DNA of 64,000 bases, taken from positions 4,216,001 to 4,280,000 of the forward strand of contig CATNEN010000030.1 in the NCBI GenBank assembly GCA_950097015.1. The letters run 5' to 3'. Shown piece after piece: positions 60,661 to 64,000 of this stretch. How positions within the stretch are numbered: position 1 is the first letter of the stretch; each line of letters starts with the position of its first letter. The notes beneath the pieces are model-generated. The model did no database searches and had not been told where the DNA came from. It was given only the letters and a program-made list of their open reading frames with translations. Origin of the DNA: Macrostomum hystrix. Taxonomy: Eukaryota; Animalia; Platyhelminthes. Both the position numbers and the translations under genes were made by a program.

Positions 60661-61227
60661 GTTTATCTAATTATCGATTGGTTAATTATTGCATCGTTTG
60701 AATAACTTGGTTAAGCTCGCTTTATCGATACATGATCTCATTGGTTTCAGTTCGAATGTCATAATGTTTCATCCATGACGCCATTTAATAAATTATATTT
60801 CTATTGATCAATTAATTAGCTTAGAATTATTTTAGTCGCTATTTTGTAATTGTGAACTGGTTTGATGACGTCATGTTATAAATCCAAAGACAAAATTATT
60901 AAATGTAGTTTAATAAATATTTAGAAAATATAATCCTAGTTAGTTTTTTTAAACCATATCCAATAATTTTTAAGCTAATTTTTCAATTCGAAGAGTAGAA
61001 AAATAGTTTAAGTGAAGTTGTCTTATTGTTATAATTCTCCTTGTTACATTGTGCCAGAGTTTGCCATTCTGTGGCCCATTCTCTCCTAATGCGAGTTGCT
61101 TAGCCTAAATATAATAGTGAGATAAAACATTAACGATTCTCTTGCTTGTTTGTTACCATGCACCAAAGTTCCCGAGTGCTTGCACGCCTGACACATTGTG
61201 AACTTTCACGTGTCCCACTGTCTAGGT

Positions 61228-61694
61228 CAGGGGTGGGCAAACTCCGGCCCGCGGGCCAGATGCGGCCCTCGAAGCTCCCAAATCCGGCCCGTTGCCCCTT
61301 CTGACATCTACAGTGTCCTGTTTCATCTCTCTCGTGTCTAATCTCTCCCGTGTCTCATCGCTCTCGTATCTAATCTCTTCCCTGTCTTATCTCTCCCGTG
61401 TCTAATCTCTCCCGTGTCTAATCTCTCCCGTGTCTAATTTCTCCCGTGTCTAATCTCTCCCGTGTCTAATCTCTCCCGTGTCTAATCTCTCCCGTGTCTA
61501 ATTTCTCCCGTGTCTAATCTCTTCCCTGTCTTATCTCTCCCGTGTCTCATCTCTCTCGTGTCCCATCTTTCCTGTGTCTCATCTCTCCCGTGTCTCATCT
61601 CTCCCCTATCTCATATTTATACAGTCAATGCGGCCCGCTGTCGTCTTTTAGGCTCTCTCTTTGGCCCGCCAGCAAATAAGTTTGCCCACCCCTG
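61228..61694. mobile_element. hAT-Charlie-type MITE with an internal minisatellite
   Basis: 16-bp perfect TIR CAGGGGTGGGCAAACT; perfect 8-bp TSD GTCTAGGT (61220-61227, 61695-61702) fitting the NTCTAGAN preference; subterminal GGCCCG motifs. Confidence 0.92.
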
Positions 61695-64000
61695 GTCTAG
61701 GTGGCACTTTTCTTATCATTCTCCTAAAAATGAATCATATTTTACTTATATCTCCGCGTGTCGTTTGGTTGGACGCCAAAGCCAGTGAGTACAGGCATTA
61801 GTAAATATAAAATACACACTCAGTAATAACTGTGTCCCTTTGCTATCTGTGTCTGTTCTTCTGTGAGTTTAGTGCTATGCTAATATTTATTATTACTGTT
61901 TTATATGTAAGTAAACGTATACACAAGTTAATAATTTAGCAGGAAATATATTGTGCTTGCCCGTGTTTGCGTCTACAGAAATCTATAGGGTCCATATTAT
62001 TGCTGCTATATATTTTTTATACCCAACAATCTGAATTGCAATTCGTTTCTGGGTCGTTGCGTAATTTTATTCAACTCTCAAGGCCTTTTGCTCTTGCTAT
62101 AGATAGGAAATAACTCATATTTAATGAGTAATCCATCGGTTCCTCAACTGAACTAACAAGGCATTCTAGTGTAGTCAATTCAATTTCGAAAAAAACTGTT
62201 TTAACAATAAACAAGACCAGCATAGTCTTAGTTCTGTTTTGGCATTTTCCACATTCCCCCGTATTGCCGTGTTCCCGTTGCCAGTTAAGCGCCTGCTCAG
62301 AAAAACTGTAATCAAACAAACTGTAGTGAACTCTGCATTTAGTTAATCATCACCTGGTCCTCACCTACCTAATCCAACTTTTCCTAGCCCGATTGCTTCT
62401 GCACTGCAAAGCCAGAAGCTCATTAAAACAAATATAAATATACGAGTATATATATACATAATGTTTCACATTCAACGCTGGCATGCGCAAAAAGATACCT
62501 GAATCTTCGATTGCACAAACAGCAATGATGGATGGCTTTCCTTGTTGGCTTCATCTTTTTTTAGAAGCATCCTTCATTAGATTTTTTAAGTTATAAATTA
62601 TTAATTTTAGAGTCTTTTAGTACTCTAAATAATCCCGTTGGTTTCCACGACCTAGTCTCCAGTGATGATTAATGGCGCGTCTCTGAAAGAACAGTCTAGC
62701 TTTTCTGATGAGTCAACCGGAAGAGACTAAAAATTCACTGTTGTGTGGATGCATTGAAGGTGCATTTACATTCGTCGCTAGTACTGAGCCGCTCACGCAA
62801 CACTCGCGAGACAATATTTGAATCAGTATTGATCGTCCCATAATTTATTTTATTAAAATCATTCGATAGTAAATTACTCGTTACTAGTCTAAACTATTGA
62901 TGAATTGGTTTTTTTAATACACAAATTAACAGTAGTACTACAAAGCCATTTTGCCGCCCGTTTTTATACGAATGGAGGATTTTTGGCAGCGCCTGAATGC
63001 TAACAGCGTTGGGTGGTGACTTATTGGTTGGCAGACTAGGCGATGGTGTCCTGTGGTTGAGCTGCGCCTGATACTTAGGCTTGCAGATCAGTGTGAAATT
63101 GGAGAAATTCGCGTCAGGTTGTCCATAGTGGCCTAGTTCCACCGGTGCTGCCCCTTGAAGGTCCAGCAGTCCGTCTAGATAAAGGTAGGTGACCACCGAA
63201 GACTGAGCTGATGCAGACACACTGGGGTGACATGTTGATCAATTCAATTTTGAAGGCCTGGCAAGGCCGCACTGAGGCGCAGTGCTAATTCATGTATACT
63301 TGCGCTTATGGAAATCAGATCTGGACCTTCGGCCAGAACCATTGAATATCTCGACGGTCTCAAGAGCTGGCGACTTAATTATTGTTAGAGCTGGCGACGC
63401 AACAAAAAGTTGGCCCGTGTTTTGAATTTCGTGTGCTTGCGTTGATCCGTTTGGGTGCAAAATGTCTAAGGGGATTTACCTCTCTAACAGTTCTACGGTT
63501 AAGTCAAAGATATCTCAATGGCTAGTACTCGTAATTACTCATAATAATTTCATCATCCTTGATTTACAAAACTGCAAGCAGGTTGAGACGCCCAGACATT
63601 CCCGTTTGAGTTGTGTGCTCAGATCAATACTCGGGGGGAGTCTCAGTACGCACTTGACGCTAAGGTCCAATTCAGTCTGCGAATTGGCCTGTCTGGGTTA
63701 GTCCCACAGTCCCACGTCACCAGACGCGTGTACCGAATGCGGCCTCAAAGAGCTATCGGGTTTTCCCGGCTGCTCTCCCTTATCTGCATATTCGCAGCCG
63801 GGCCAAATTGAATCCCTCTAGTGGCATCATATTATTTGGAATTCTAAATACAGTCCATTCGCCCTCTTGTTCATATTTAATTATGCCCCTGCCGCAGTAC
63901 GGAGTCGCAGAGTACTTTGGACTGCTGAGCAGCTACCATCTCCTGTCTCCCTCCTGTCTCTGCTGTGACCCTTGCTCCATCCAGTTATAGAGCTGCTTGT

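Noticed and set aside
62704-62745. Hammerhead-like CTGATGA-GTC...GAC-TAAA
   Set aside because: The catalytic GAAA reads TAAA and no stem I forms next to the core; at best a dead relic
62894-64000. ORF 62894..63220 and the stop-interrupted frame to the window end
   Set aside because: Could be a terminal exon or decayed element, but I recognise no motif, so it is left uncalled

Overview
Eukaryotic (animal) genomic DNA with spliceosomal introns and very dense minisatellites. GC-rich poly-Ala/Gln coding exons and splice acceptors just upstream of start codons resemble a Macrostomum-type flatworm; this is inference, not a database result. Seven protein-coding genes can be reconstructed by hand: two Otx (K50 paired-class homeobox) paralogs in a convergent inverted pair, SMAP-type ArfGAP (-), ROPN1L (+), TFIP11 (-), DNAJC17 (-) and XPO7/RANBP17 (+). 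Mobile elements: a 5'-truncated Penelope-like retroelement with GIY-YIG endonuclease and a minimal hammerhead ribozyme inside an (AGAT)n tract, a decayed Merlin transposase hit by two inverted MITEs, hAT-, MULE- and TTAA-type MITEs, and three tRNA-derived SINE families. About 20 tandem arrays are present. Top leads: (1) the Otx paralogs have unalignable first coding exons but ~1 kb second exons differing at one base, suggesting exon-restricted gene conversion; (2) DNAJC17 (Cwc23) and TFIP11 (Ntr1/Spp382), partners in spliceosome disassembly, lie head-to-tail 580 bp apart, a candidate polycistronic unit; (3) the hammerhead-bearing PLE; (4) CpG-depleted domains flanking a likely bidirectional promoter near 48.4 kb. 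All exon models and counts were made by eye.
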